Positions 1-9,835 of a stretch of DNA of 26,276 bases are shown here, one piece after another; the first letter of the stretch is position 1; each line of letters opens with the position of its first letter. The translations under genes and the position numbers were made by a program. This stretch comes from Thecamonas trahens ATCC 50062. Taxonomy: Eukaryota > Protista > Apusomonadida. The notes beneath the pieces are model-generated. The model worked only from the letters and a program-made list of their open reading frames with translations, made no database searches and had not been told where the DNA came from. The DNA lies in NCBI RefSeq assembly GCF_000142905.1, contig NW_013657601.1:8526-34801 (forward strand). Direction: 5' to 3'.

Positions 1-318
1 CTCACCGCCGACGACCGACCTCCATGGCGTTGCTGCCATCAAACGCCGGCGCTCGTATGAGCATCTCGTAGAGGAGCATGCCAAAAGTGAACATGCCGCC
101 CTCGAAACCCTCGTCGGCTTCGCGCAGCTGCTCCGGCGCCATGCACGCCACCGATGGCACCACCGCCATCGTCCCCTGGTTGCTCTTGATGACCATCCGT
201 CCGCTCTTGTGTCCACCACCACGTTGGATGGCTTGAGCGAGCCGTGCCCGCCGCCCGTGATCTAGTGGACCTCGGCGAGCGCATGCGCCAGCGCCAGGCT
301 GATGCTCAACGCCCACAC
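1..318 (-). pseudogene. Degenerate protein kinase (TKL-like) C-lobe fragment; runs off the left window edge
   Basis: One minus frame reads VWALSISLALAHALAEVH*ITGGGHGSLKPSNVVVD (subdomain VIa/VIb; HGSLKPSN at 223-246; in-frame TAG at 262-264). After a 1-nt shift near 198 a second frame reads SVACMAPEQL...MFTFGMLLYEML...AFDG (subdomains VIII-IX). No DFG and no N-lobe are visible. Confidence 0.7.
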
Positions 319-499
319 GTGATCAAGGCCCGAGCCCGAGCAGTCGCGGCAATTGCTGGAGGCAGCGGCGCCCATTAATATGGCCGCCGTTTTGTGCGCC
401 CACGGACCCGTCGCATGTTGTCATTGCTCGTGAACACATTGGCTCGCACCCGCGGCAACAGACCACCATTTTTTTCGACACACCCAACTCCCTACTCTA

Positions 500-500
<1 letters not shown>

Positions 501-531
<31 letters not shown>

Positions 532-534
532 ACA
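501..534 (+). repeat. C17 homopolymer followed by (CA)n microsatellite just 5' of the PDI start codon
   Basis: Directly visible: C run 501-517, CA repeats to 534, ATG at 538. Confidence 0.95.
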
Positions 535-537
535 TAC

Positions 538-2595
538 ATGCCACCGACCACAACCATCACATGCATGGCTATCTGCATAGCGCTATTCGCCGCGACAACT
601 GTCGCCGTCTCCGTCCGCCCTCTCCGCCTCGGCCTTGTCGAGCACGTGGTCGGCCTCAAAATTGCCTCGGACGGCGGCACGCAAGTCGCTGACGACCACC
701 ACGCGGACGCGACCACCATGCTCGATGGCTCGGCAGACCTGCCACCAAAGCTGCTGGAGCTTGTGGATCATGGCGCAAGTCTCGATGGCCATGTGGTTCT
801 CTTCTGCCAGGACCACTGCGACGAGGACGTAGGCAAACTCGCGGTGGTGGTCGACAACGCCATCAACAACGCCATCGCCGCCGGGGACGAGCATGGCCTC
901 CACCTCGGTGCATGGGTCGTCGATGTCGGCGCAGAATTCCGCGCGGAGTTCCCTCCCACGTCCGATGATGACTCTGAGGATGACATCAACAGCGCCGTCG
1001 ATGACGATGATGAGCGCTTTGTGTGGGAGGCGAGCGCCTCCCGCCCGTCCTTCACCGCACAACGGGTGGACCGTCTTGGGGCTGTAGGCTCGTCCTCTGT
1101 CTCATTTTACGCCGATGGCGAGCTCCTTGCCCGCCATCGCCACCGCCAGTTTGGCCCGCTTGACGCTGGCGATCTTGCTGCCTGGATGGCCAAGCAGATT
1201 GTCCCGCCGGTTGCCATCGCCGACTCGGTGGATGCTGTCCACGCCCTCACCGACACCGTGCTCGACACCGGTCACGATGCCCTCGTTGCCCTCCTCATCC
1301 TCGGCGATGCCCAGCTCGAAGCCCACCGTCCTCTCCTCACCCATCGCCACCACGCCCATCCTGACGCAGACACCGCACCCACTTCCGCCGCCGCTTTCAT
1401 CCACGCCGCATCGCTTCTCCGCCACGAGGCCACCTTTGCCGCCGTGCCCATGACAGTCGCCCGCGCCGTCGCCGACGGCGCCGCCTCTGCATACGATGCC
1501 AAGCCACATCGGATCCTGCTCGAAGGCGTGGCTGACAAGTGCGCCATCGAGTCGGCGGGACACGCCCTCGCCGGCTGCATCGTGGCGGTGACCAACCATG
1601 CCGAGGGCGGGCGTGACGAACGCTACCCGCACCTCGAGGTCTACCACGACGATCCGACAACATCGCCGGGTGCCCTGCGTGCCTTCTTTGAGCGCCAGCT
1701 TCATCCGCTCGTGGCTGTGCTCACGCCGGCCAACGTCGCCCACTACGAGGCTATGCAGCTACCGGTCGTCTACGTCTTTGTTCCGCGCCTCGAGTCGGAC
1801 AACGACGATGATCGCGCGCGCGTCGCTCGCCTCCGCGATCTTCTACTGCCCATTGCCAACAGCTACCGCCATCAGCTCCGCTTCGGCCTCCAGGACGCGG
1901 CTACCTACGTCGCCCATGCCCGCCATCTCGGCCTTGCCACAGACGGCGCCTGGCCCGCCCTCGCCATCGAAGACCATCCGCTGCACTATGCCTACCACCT
2001 TCGCGGCGAACGCCTCCCCTCCTCCAGCCCGCTCAAGCTCAAGCGCTTCTTGGCCTCCTTCTTGGCCGGCAAGCTTGAGCCGACCCTGGTCTCCGAGCCG
2101 GTGCCCAGCTCGGCTGCCGCCCGCGGCAAGGCCACCCGCCTCGTCGGATCTACCTTTGAGCGTGCTGTGCTGACGGCGAGCAAACCGACTCTGGTCATGC
2201 TCTACGCCCCATGGTGTGGCCACTCGCAGCGGCTGCTTCCGGTCTTGGATGACCTCGCCGCCCTCTACCATGGCGCCGCCTCGCCGCCTCGCGTAGCCGA
2301 CGAGCACATCCACCTCCTCCGCGACGCCTACGGCTCGCGCGAGGTCAATGTCGCCATCATGGACTTTACCCGCAACGACGTGCCCGGCAAGCGTGGCAAC
2401 CGCATCATCCGCGCCTTTCCCACCATTCTCCTCTACTCGCCGTCCCATCACGACGAACCAGCCGTCTTTGGCGGCGACGCCCGCGACGACCTCGTCTCAA
2501 TCCTCCGCTGGCTCCGGCGCACCCTCCGTCGCAGCGACTTTGGTCCACCGCCGCCCGTCCCTGTCCCGCACGGCCACGACCACGAAGAACTATAA
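538..2595 (+). CDS. Protein disulfide isomerase family protein (ER-resident, ~685 aa), single CGHS (CxxS) site
   Basis: Hydrophobic signal peptide after ATG538 (CMAICIALFAATTVAV); b/b'-like segments (WPALAIED, FLASFLAGKLEPTLVSEPVP); a'-type thioredoxin domain LVGSTFE...LVMLYAPWCGHSQRLLP...MDFTRND...AFPTILLY; C-terminal HEEL (KDEL/HDEL-like) then TAA. The ORF-track extension upstream of 538 is microsatellite translation. Confidence 0.88.
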   Translation: MPPTTTITCMAICIALFAATTVAVSVRPLRLGLVEHVVGLKIASDGGTQVADDHHADATTMLDGSADLPPKLLELVDHGASLDGHVVLFCQDHCDEDVGKLAVVVDNAINNAIAAGDEHGLHLGAWVVDVGAEFRAEFPPTSDDDSEDDINSAVDDDDERFVWEASASRPSFTAQRVDRLGAVGSSSVSFYADGELLARHRHRQFGPLDAGDLAAWMAKQIVPPVAIADSVDAVHALTDTVLDTGHDALVALLILGDAQLEAHRPLLTHRHHAHPDADTAPTSAAAFIHAASLLRHEATFAAVPMTVARAVADGAASAYDAKPHRILLEGVADKCAIESAGHALAGCIVAVTNHAEGGRDERYPHLEVYHDDPTTSPGALRAFFERQLHPLVAVLTPANVAHYEAMQLPVVYVFVPRLESDNDDDRARVARLRDLLLPIANSYRHQLRFGLQDAATYVAHARHLGLATDGAWPALAIEDHPLHYAYHLRGERLPSSSPLKLKRFLASFLAGKLEPTLVSEPVPSSAAARGKATRLVGSTFERAVLTASKPTLVMLYAPWCGHSQRLLPVLDDLAALYHGAASPPRVADEHIHLLRDAYGSREVNVAIMDFTRNDVPGKRGNRIIRAFPTILLYSPSHHDEPAVFGGDARDDLVSILRWLRRTLRRSDFGPPPPVPVPHGHDHEEL

Positions 2596-2905
2596 CCCCG
2601 ACGCCACCTTGCCACCCTGTAGAGCCAATCCAGCCAGCCTCCAGTGACCTCCAATTTTTATCGCTCCCCATGCACCCATCCACCACCACCTCTTCCCAAA
2701 CCTGTCAATTATATCGCCGCAGCACCCGCGCGTGCCAAACAAATTTATTGGCCCCGGCCCACGTGGGTCAGCCAGGGTCAGCGCACGCCCCCTCCTCCTT
2801 AGTCCCAGACACACACACATCTCATACGAGTTACTACAGTGCTACGAGACCGCACATTGTGGCATCTTCTCACTTCTCTACCTCCCTCCCCCATACTCTA
2901 CATAC

Positions 2906-5900
2906 ATGCACAGTAGGAGCCTTGCTGCGTGGCATGGTACGCCTTCTTCCACCACCCACCCCATCCGGCGTCTCCCTCCATATTTTTAGCTAACGCGGAG
3001 GCATGCGCCCGCGTTTCACGAAGATCACAGCTACAGACTCACTCGCATTCTCGCCTCGCGCTGAATCAAAGCTGCCGCGCTTGCTCTTGTGATCGTGCTG
3101 GTCCTCAGCAGCAAACCAGTGCTTGCCCTGAAAGAAGTGGGCATGTGCTTTCTCTCAGAGACGGACAGCGTTTCGACCAGGGTTCGCATCTGTGGCACCG
3201 GCAAAGCGTGGACCTACCGCTCGCTGAGTCTGCCTGGGACGTCCATGGCGGGTGCTCCCTTCATCACTACCCTGAGCGACCGTTACATCATTGGTGATCT
3301 CGACAAGCTCATCGCCTCGGATACAAACGGTACCCTAAAGCAGAAGCCCGACGTCATGTTCTGCCACGACGTCGATGACAACAACCAGGATGACGACCTC
3401 AACGCCGATTGCTACACTGGTGGGTGGTCTTTTCAAGACCGAAGCTCAACCTTAGTGGAGAAATGCAAGGAGTCTGAGTCGCCAAGAGACAAGGACCCCG
3501 ACGATGACTGCTCCATCGAAAACCTCCAGGACCACGTGGACACATGGATTCGCGACGACAACCATGCTACCTCTTCCCACTACACCAAGTTTGATTTTTG
3601 CTGCCGCCGGGCGCAGACTGTTGCAGACCTCGAGTCGACCCCCTCGCCCAACTTCTACGTGCCCTCCAAGAGCTACGATGGTGGCGTCATGCTTGACCCA
3701 GATCCGGACATGGACTGGCGCGACGGCTATGAGCCGACCGACCCTAGCGACTGGGATGGCATGACGGGCTCATCGCCCGAGTTGGCCCTGCAGCGGGTCA
3801 AAGCCACTAGCTTTGGCTCCAAGTTTGACGACAAGGCCTTCTGCTATCATCCCTACGAGGTCTTTGAGCTCAACAATATCGTGAGAGGCGATTGCGCCAG
3901 TGGATACAAAAAGGTCGAGCTGGTGATTGAAGACATGAGGAATGGCATGGTCATCTACTATCCGCACACAGAGGGGCCCCAGGACATCCCCGTTGCCCGC
4001 TTCCACGACGAGGACTTTGTCTTTACCCTCTGCTGTGCCGAGGACGGATTCGACTGTGGGAGCAGTGCCGACTGCAACGGCAATGGAAAGTGCTCGCTCG
4101 AGACTGCCTCCTGTGAATGCAACTCGGACGACCACACCTACCCGCACTGCGGTGGCTGGTGCGGCGATGGTGTTGTGCAAGACGACTTTGAGCAGTGTGA
4201 CGACGAGTTGGATCCAGAGTGCGATATGCGGACGTGCCGTGGCAAAACGCGGCCGTCCGACATCTCCTTCTCCAATACCGCCTACAACGGCTTTACCGCA
4301 ACCTTTTCCACCTCTGCCTTTGGTCATCATTGTCTCGATGTGGTGGTTCACCGCGGTTGTCTTTGACGTCCGTCATGGTGGCTCATCGCTGCCCGGCTTT
4401 CCAGCTGAAATCACCTCCTCTCCGCCACGCATCGCCGTGTCTGGTCTCGACGGCATGCGCGAGTACTCCGTTTATGCTCTGCCCCATCCCGCCGGAAAAG
4501 GTTGGGCTGTGCCCGAGACCGGCGAGTGGCAGCGTTCGGCGCCGGCGACGGTGACCACCAACTGCAACTGTCCGGGACGGCCCTCGACAACTCCGCAGAA
4601 CTTTGCCGTCACCCAAAAGGGCACCGAAGTCTTCTTCGCATGGAACGATGCCACAGCGTGTGAGGATCGCTTCACTGTCCATCGCCGCCTCATGTCCGAC
4701 CCGCAGCCCTCCATCATCGCCTCCTACTCGCTCCCGGCCAAGGACGCTTGCTCCACCGAGCCGCTCGCCCCGACCTCGGACGCCGACAACGTAGCCAATC
4801 TTATCCTCGGCTCGACTTACGAGTACTCGATCGAGGCCAAGGACTCTATCTCCGGCTTCACCTCTGCGCGCGCCACCGCCGAGCTCAATGTCGACTGGGT
4901 TGCCACCATCATGATCAGCGTCCTCTCCACCTCGGGCACTGGCATCGTTGGCACTTCGGTCGTTGTCACCTACCCTGGCTCGGCTGTCCCACTGGCCATG
5001 GCCGTCACCGACCGCTCTGGTGCCGCCCAGCTAGCCATTCAGATCCCCAACGAGCCCAACGCCGCCATCGAGCTCATGGTCCATGCATCCAAGACAACGG
5101 CAGGCAATGTCCACACCTACAAGTGTGCCGGTGGCAGCCCGTGCAACAGCACGCTTGTCTCGGTCACACACCTCGGCACGGCCCAAGCCCAGTTCATGGA
5201 TGTCTCGGTCGTCTCGGTCGCCGGATTGCTCACAGTCGCCTCCACTGCCGAGTACACTGAGGACGCGCGCCCGTGTCCTGTCGCCGATCCGCGAGCCTAC
5301 ATCTGCTCCTATCATGCAGTCACCTTTGAGCGCCTCGAGTGCACCCGCCCAGACGCGGCCGGTGCCTACGCCCTCACCTTCCCAGTCGGCATCTCGGTCC
5401 ATGTCATGGCGTCGTGGCAACTGAAGAACGTCGATACGACAGAGAAGCCCAACTTTGAGTTTGCGCCGGCCATCGGCAAGTCGGCGCACAAGATGACCCC
5501 GCTCCCGCTCGCATCGGCGTACACTGGCCACGGCTCTATCGAGTCGATCACTGTGCTTGGTGCGTCGTCAACGCGCGGGAGTTCGCCAAAGACCTCGCTC
5601 CCGCTGCCGTCTTTCCTCCTCGCGGCCTCGATCGAGCACTACGAGGGTGTCGACTTTGAGGACCAGACCGCGGTTGAGCTCTCTGTCGAAGTCGCCGGCG
5701 GTAAGTGCAACTTCCCGATCGGGCCGGGCGTCGTCCGCCTCATCGCTGCTACGTGTCCCAAGTACATCCGCCGCGTCGTTGCCGGCTCGTCGTCCTCGTA
5801 CATCTCGACCTTTGCGCTTCCGGCCATGCTCTTTGATGCCACTTTTGAGGACATCGACGCCATGCAGCCGCATCTCTGGGTCCCGGGCATCTCGGTCGGT

Positions 5901-8900
5901 CAGGTCGGCACCTACTTCCGCGCCGTCCTTGAGGACCGCGTCGAAGCCGATCTCCGCTCCGGCTCGAGCACCGCCCGCTACGAGTTCCACGTTCCGCCCC
6001 AGATCTCGATGAAGGGCATCTCGTTTTCCTCATCGTCGTGCGGGTACGCTGTGCTCCCGTTGGAATCCATCAACTACGTGGCGTTGGTCTTCGAAGAGCA
6101 TTTCACAGACCACATGCTCTGCCGCGACTTTCCCATCACCTCGCCCAACCTGGTGGCCGAGTCCCGGGACGAGAAGCCGCGAGTTGCGGCGACGATCAGA
6201 GTCTATGACACTGTCTCGACCCAGGTCCTTACCGACGGCTCGGTCTATCCGTGCGCCACCGATGCTGGCTGCGAAGTCCCGCTGCAGCACGGGTGGCCGG
6301 CACACGCCATTCTCGGCGGAGTGGACAACGTGACGTTTGTCGAGCTCCCTCTCTTGCCTTCCGCGCCGAACGTCCATCATCCAAGTCTGCTGTACCAGTA
6401 CCGAGTCGACTTTGACCAGCCGGGATATCCGATGCTGTAGTTGTCATGGCCCATTGCAGTGGCAGGTGAGCTGGCCCGCCCAGGTGGCTTCCTGATGCGG
6501 ATGCCAACCGAGGTGGTGACGTCCAAGTTGTACGATCCGCCTGGCGGTCTTTCGACCTCGTATGTCGAGAACGGCAAATCTGTGGAGACCACGTTCGAGT
6601 ACGCAACAGGTGGAGAGTTTACCCGCGAACAGTCTATGACCCTCGGCCATGGCGTCAAAATCAAGAATACGGCGTGCGTCGGTGCGCCTGGGGCCACGAC
6701 TTGCACCGACACAGTCGACACAACGATAGCGCTCGAGCACACCGCGGAGATGGCGTTCACGCTCGGCTCGGACACGTCGCAGACCGAAGGGACGATGACG
6801 ATGAAGTCGGACAAGATGACCACGTCAGACGATCCAGCCTTTATCGCTGTTGACGACGGCGCGGGCAACACCATCCACTACCCGGACCTGCTGGTCATGC
6901 CAGCACTGACGGTCAAGTTTACTCCGACGGACAAGGTCGCCTTTGACGCCGATGCAGCCAACAGCGGCAGCTGCGAGTCAGAGCATCGCAATGATGGCCT
7001 CTCCAAGACAACGAGCATTCAGTGGGCACCCGAGCCGACCTCAGTCCTTCTCTACCACACCATCTATGACGCAGTCACTGGCGTTCTGCCCGAGCTCCAC
7101 ATGCTGCTCATGCTGGAGCACAAGAACCCAAAGTCTGATCCTGTACAGATCGACAGGCTGACAAAGTCGATACATGCGTGGAACCTCATCCTCCTTGCGC
7201 ACAACCTCGACTACGAGATTGCACAGCCGATTGAGCTGGGTGACGCCTCCGAGCTGGTTTTCTCAGGCGGCGGGTACACCATCGAGAGGACCTCGGTGGA
7301 GGAGGTGTCCGACGGTGATACATACGACTTTTCGTTCTACATGGACACTGCCGTGCAGAGCGAGGCCAAGTTTGATACCACTCTTTTCCAGTCAAAGGTC
7401 GCCATCGGCCTCACCACCAAGTTTGCCGGCCAAGTTCGCGTCGGCAACTCGGAGACGAGCAACACAGTGACCTCCAACGAGGTTGGCTTCACGCTCGGCG
7501 ATGGCGAGCTCGGCGACTACTTCCAGGTCAAGGTCTTTGAGTCGCCCAAGTACGGCACGCCGCTGTTCAAGACCACAGGCGGTGTGTCCAAGTGTCCGCA
7601 CGAGATCGGGACGACGCCGCGCGAAGCTGTGGCTTTCAACCTCCTCACCTCGGGCACCGTCATCAACATCCCACCGCTTGGTGCAGCCTCCTTTGAGGCG
7701 GAAATAGTAAGCACATCGCCGACTCAGGAGGCCATGGTCATGAACTTGCGACCGGACTTGGTGACCAACCCGGACGGCCTGGTCGTCAAGCTCAACGGTG
7801 CCCCATTCATCGAGCCGGTCGAGATCGCCGCCGGCTACAACTCGCCCACCAAGGTGACGTTTACGGCTTCACGTGGGCCGTCCGCCTACATCTATGACAA
7901 CGTCGCCATCAAGGCTGTCTCGCTTTGCGAAGACGAGCAGTACTACACCATGGGTACCCTCTCGCGCTCAGCGCCCATCGAAGGCGCGATCGCGCTCTCG
8001 GCCCGTTTCTTGCAGCCGTGCGCCGGACTCTCCTGGGCCGGCGATCTTCAGCGGCAGGGCAAGTTCCTCATCAACACCGCCTCGCTTGAAACCGCCTTTC
8101 CTAACAAGATCCGCGGCCTGGTGTACAACCCCGAGTACTATCTGCAGGCCTGGAGCGAGCATCCGCGGCTGGCGAGCGTCCAGCTGGAATGGCGCCGGCG
8201 CGGGACTGCCACCTGGGAGCGTGCGCGCGATGCATCGCTAGACGTCATCGATCTCGTCGCCGAGGAAGACATGTTTGGCTTTGGCCTCTTTGAGTGGGAC
8301 GTCGCCAACTTTCTCGACGGCTTCTACGAGCTGCGTGCAGTGGCGCAGTGCGTGCCGACCGGGCGCGACGATCTCGACGCAACGTACGCCACCGTGCTCT
8401 CGGGCGTCATCGATCGTGTCCCGCCAGCCCAACTGGGCGAGGCAGAGCCTGCTGATGGCGTCTACTTTCCGGGCGATGCCATCAGCATTGCCTTTACCGA
8501 GGACATCGACTGCGAGGCGCCGACGAGGTTCCTGTACTCGGTCATGGTCGATCGGGTCCCGCGGCCGGCCTCCACCCTCAAGGTGCGGTGCGAGGGCAAC
8601 ACCATCAGCTTTGGCATCGACAACACCCTCCCGCTCAGCTCGCTCGCTGGCGCCGAGGTCATCATCGCCCTCTCCAACGTCTACGATCTTGCCGACAACG
8701 TAGCGCCCGAGGTCTTTGAGTGGGTCTTCAGTGTCTACCCGGTCCAGGTCAAAGACACCTCGGTCCGGCTTGACGGCCTCGTCTTTGGCTCGCCGTACGG
8801 CTCACTCTCGCCCAGCCCCCAGGCCTGGGCCGGTGCGCTCATTGCCGACCTCGAGATCGCCATGGAGCTCACGCTCGGCCCGTCCGCTTCTGGCCCGCAG

Positions 8901-9737
8901 CCGGCCTCTTCCGCAGACGTCCGCGTCTCGGCCGGCATTGCCGACCGCATGCGCGTCTCGTTCATCGGGCCCAACCCGGCCAATGCGGGAAGTACCATCG
9001 TCTCGCTCTTTGTCACGGCCGGCAACAACCCGCCGGCCGACGACCTCGCCTCGGCGGTTCGTGCGATCGTGAGCTCGGGCGTCGAGGCGGTGACTGCACG
9101 GGCTGCGCGGGGTCTGCGCGCCAGCCGCCGCGCGCATGACCTCTTCGCCATGACACTGCAAGATCGCAAGGCCAGCGAAAGTATTGCGATTCGCGCGATT
9201 GCTTTGCCTACGCTCGCCACGCTTGTCGCCTCCAACTCGACGGTCGATGCTGTGTTTGTGCCATCCCAGTCGGACGAGGTGACCAACGCTGTGGCCAAGT
9301 CCAAGCATCTTGCCCAGGTCGCTGCTGGCGACAACATCAACAGCGACGGTGAGATGCGCAAGACGACCAACGAAGCCGTCATCGGCTCGTCGCCGTCGTC
9401 ACCGAGTGCATCGGATGAGCACTTTTCGCTCCTCCAGTTTGCTCTCATCAACGGCTCGATGCTGGTGGTCTCGGTTGCTGTCATCATTGTCTCGATGTGG
9501 TGGTTCAACCGCGCTCTGGCTCGGCACGTGACCAAGGGCGAGCATCGCCCGAGGAGCAAGAAGAGTATGCACAACAGTGTGTCGAACAAGGCGCGGAGCT
9601 CGTCGTCAGCCAGCGAATCCAGCTCCGGATCCGGCGTGCCGATGCGGCGGAGGTGGTCGGCCCGGACCGACTCGTCGTACACCTACGATGGAAGCATCGC
9701 CAGCATCACCACCGCCACCGCCAGCGAGTATGCGTAG
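2906..9737 (+). CDS. Giant type I membrane protein (~2,220 codons when reconstructed): signal peptide, Cys-rich region, EGF-like, CGDG Cys-rich repeat, FN3, Ig-like domains, DPPG region, TM helix, Ser-rich tail; interrupted by a frameshift (4322-4350) and an in-frame TAG (6438-6440), so possibly a pseudogene or consensus errors
   Basis: ORFs 3089-4366, 3942-6440 and 6441-9737 tile into one coherent architecture. EGF-like CGSSADCNGNGKC...CEC...PHC (4055-4150); CGDGVVQDDFEQCDD (from 4160); FN3 signatures (SGLDGMREYSVYA, NLILGSTYEYSIEA); Ig-like PADGVYFPGDAISIAFTEDIDC; TM LLQFALINGSMLVVSVAVIIVSMWWF followed by basic residues. ORF2 and ORF3 are in the same frame, separated by one TAG. Confidence 0.75.
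2937..3071 (+). other. Predicted spliceosomal intron (135 nt, phase 1) in the signal-peptide coding region
   Basis: GTACGC donor at 2937, AAAG acceptor ending at 3071, in-frame stops inside (TAG 2987, TGA 3062). Splicing joins MHSRSLAAWH to AAALALVIVLVLSSKPVLA-LKE, a convincing signal peptide that otherwise lacks a Met. Confidence 0.65.
4323..4350 (+). repeat. 28-nt exact direct repeat, copy 1 (GTCATCATTGTCTCGATGTGGTGGTTCA)
   Basis: Identical to 9480-9507; lies exactly at the frame switch of the giant membrane protein gene. Confidence 0.95.
9480..9507 (+). repeat. 28-nt exact direct repeat, copy 2 (encodes VIIVSMWWF of the TM helix)
   Basis: Identical to 4323-4350; here it is in its natural coding context at the end of the transmembrane segment. 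Confidence 0.95.
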
Positions 9738-9835
9738 GGGGGGGGACTGGCCAACCAGTGATTGTGGTGGGGAAAAGGCACGCTATTTACGCCGTGCAGA
9801 TAGGTAAAGAGGGGATGCGCCCCGGCCGGCGCTGA

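Noticed and set aside
3942-4322. 5' part of ORF 3942-6440 as an independent gene start
   Set aside because: It is the off-frame shadow of the EGF/CGDG region; meaningful sequence in that frame begins only at ~4351.
262-6440. Genome-wide TAG reassignment suggested by two in-frame TAGs
   Set aside because: TAG ends three genes at natural C-termini (9737, 16098, 22386), and the kinase fragment also has a frameshift.
4323-9507. Transposon target-site duplication, LTR pair or DGR template/variable repeat
   Set aside because: The DNA between the repeats is continuous host coding sequence with no transposase or reverse transcriptase, and the 28-nt cores have no adenine-specific mismatches.
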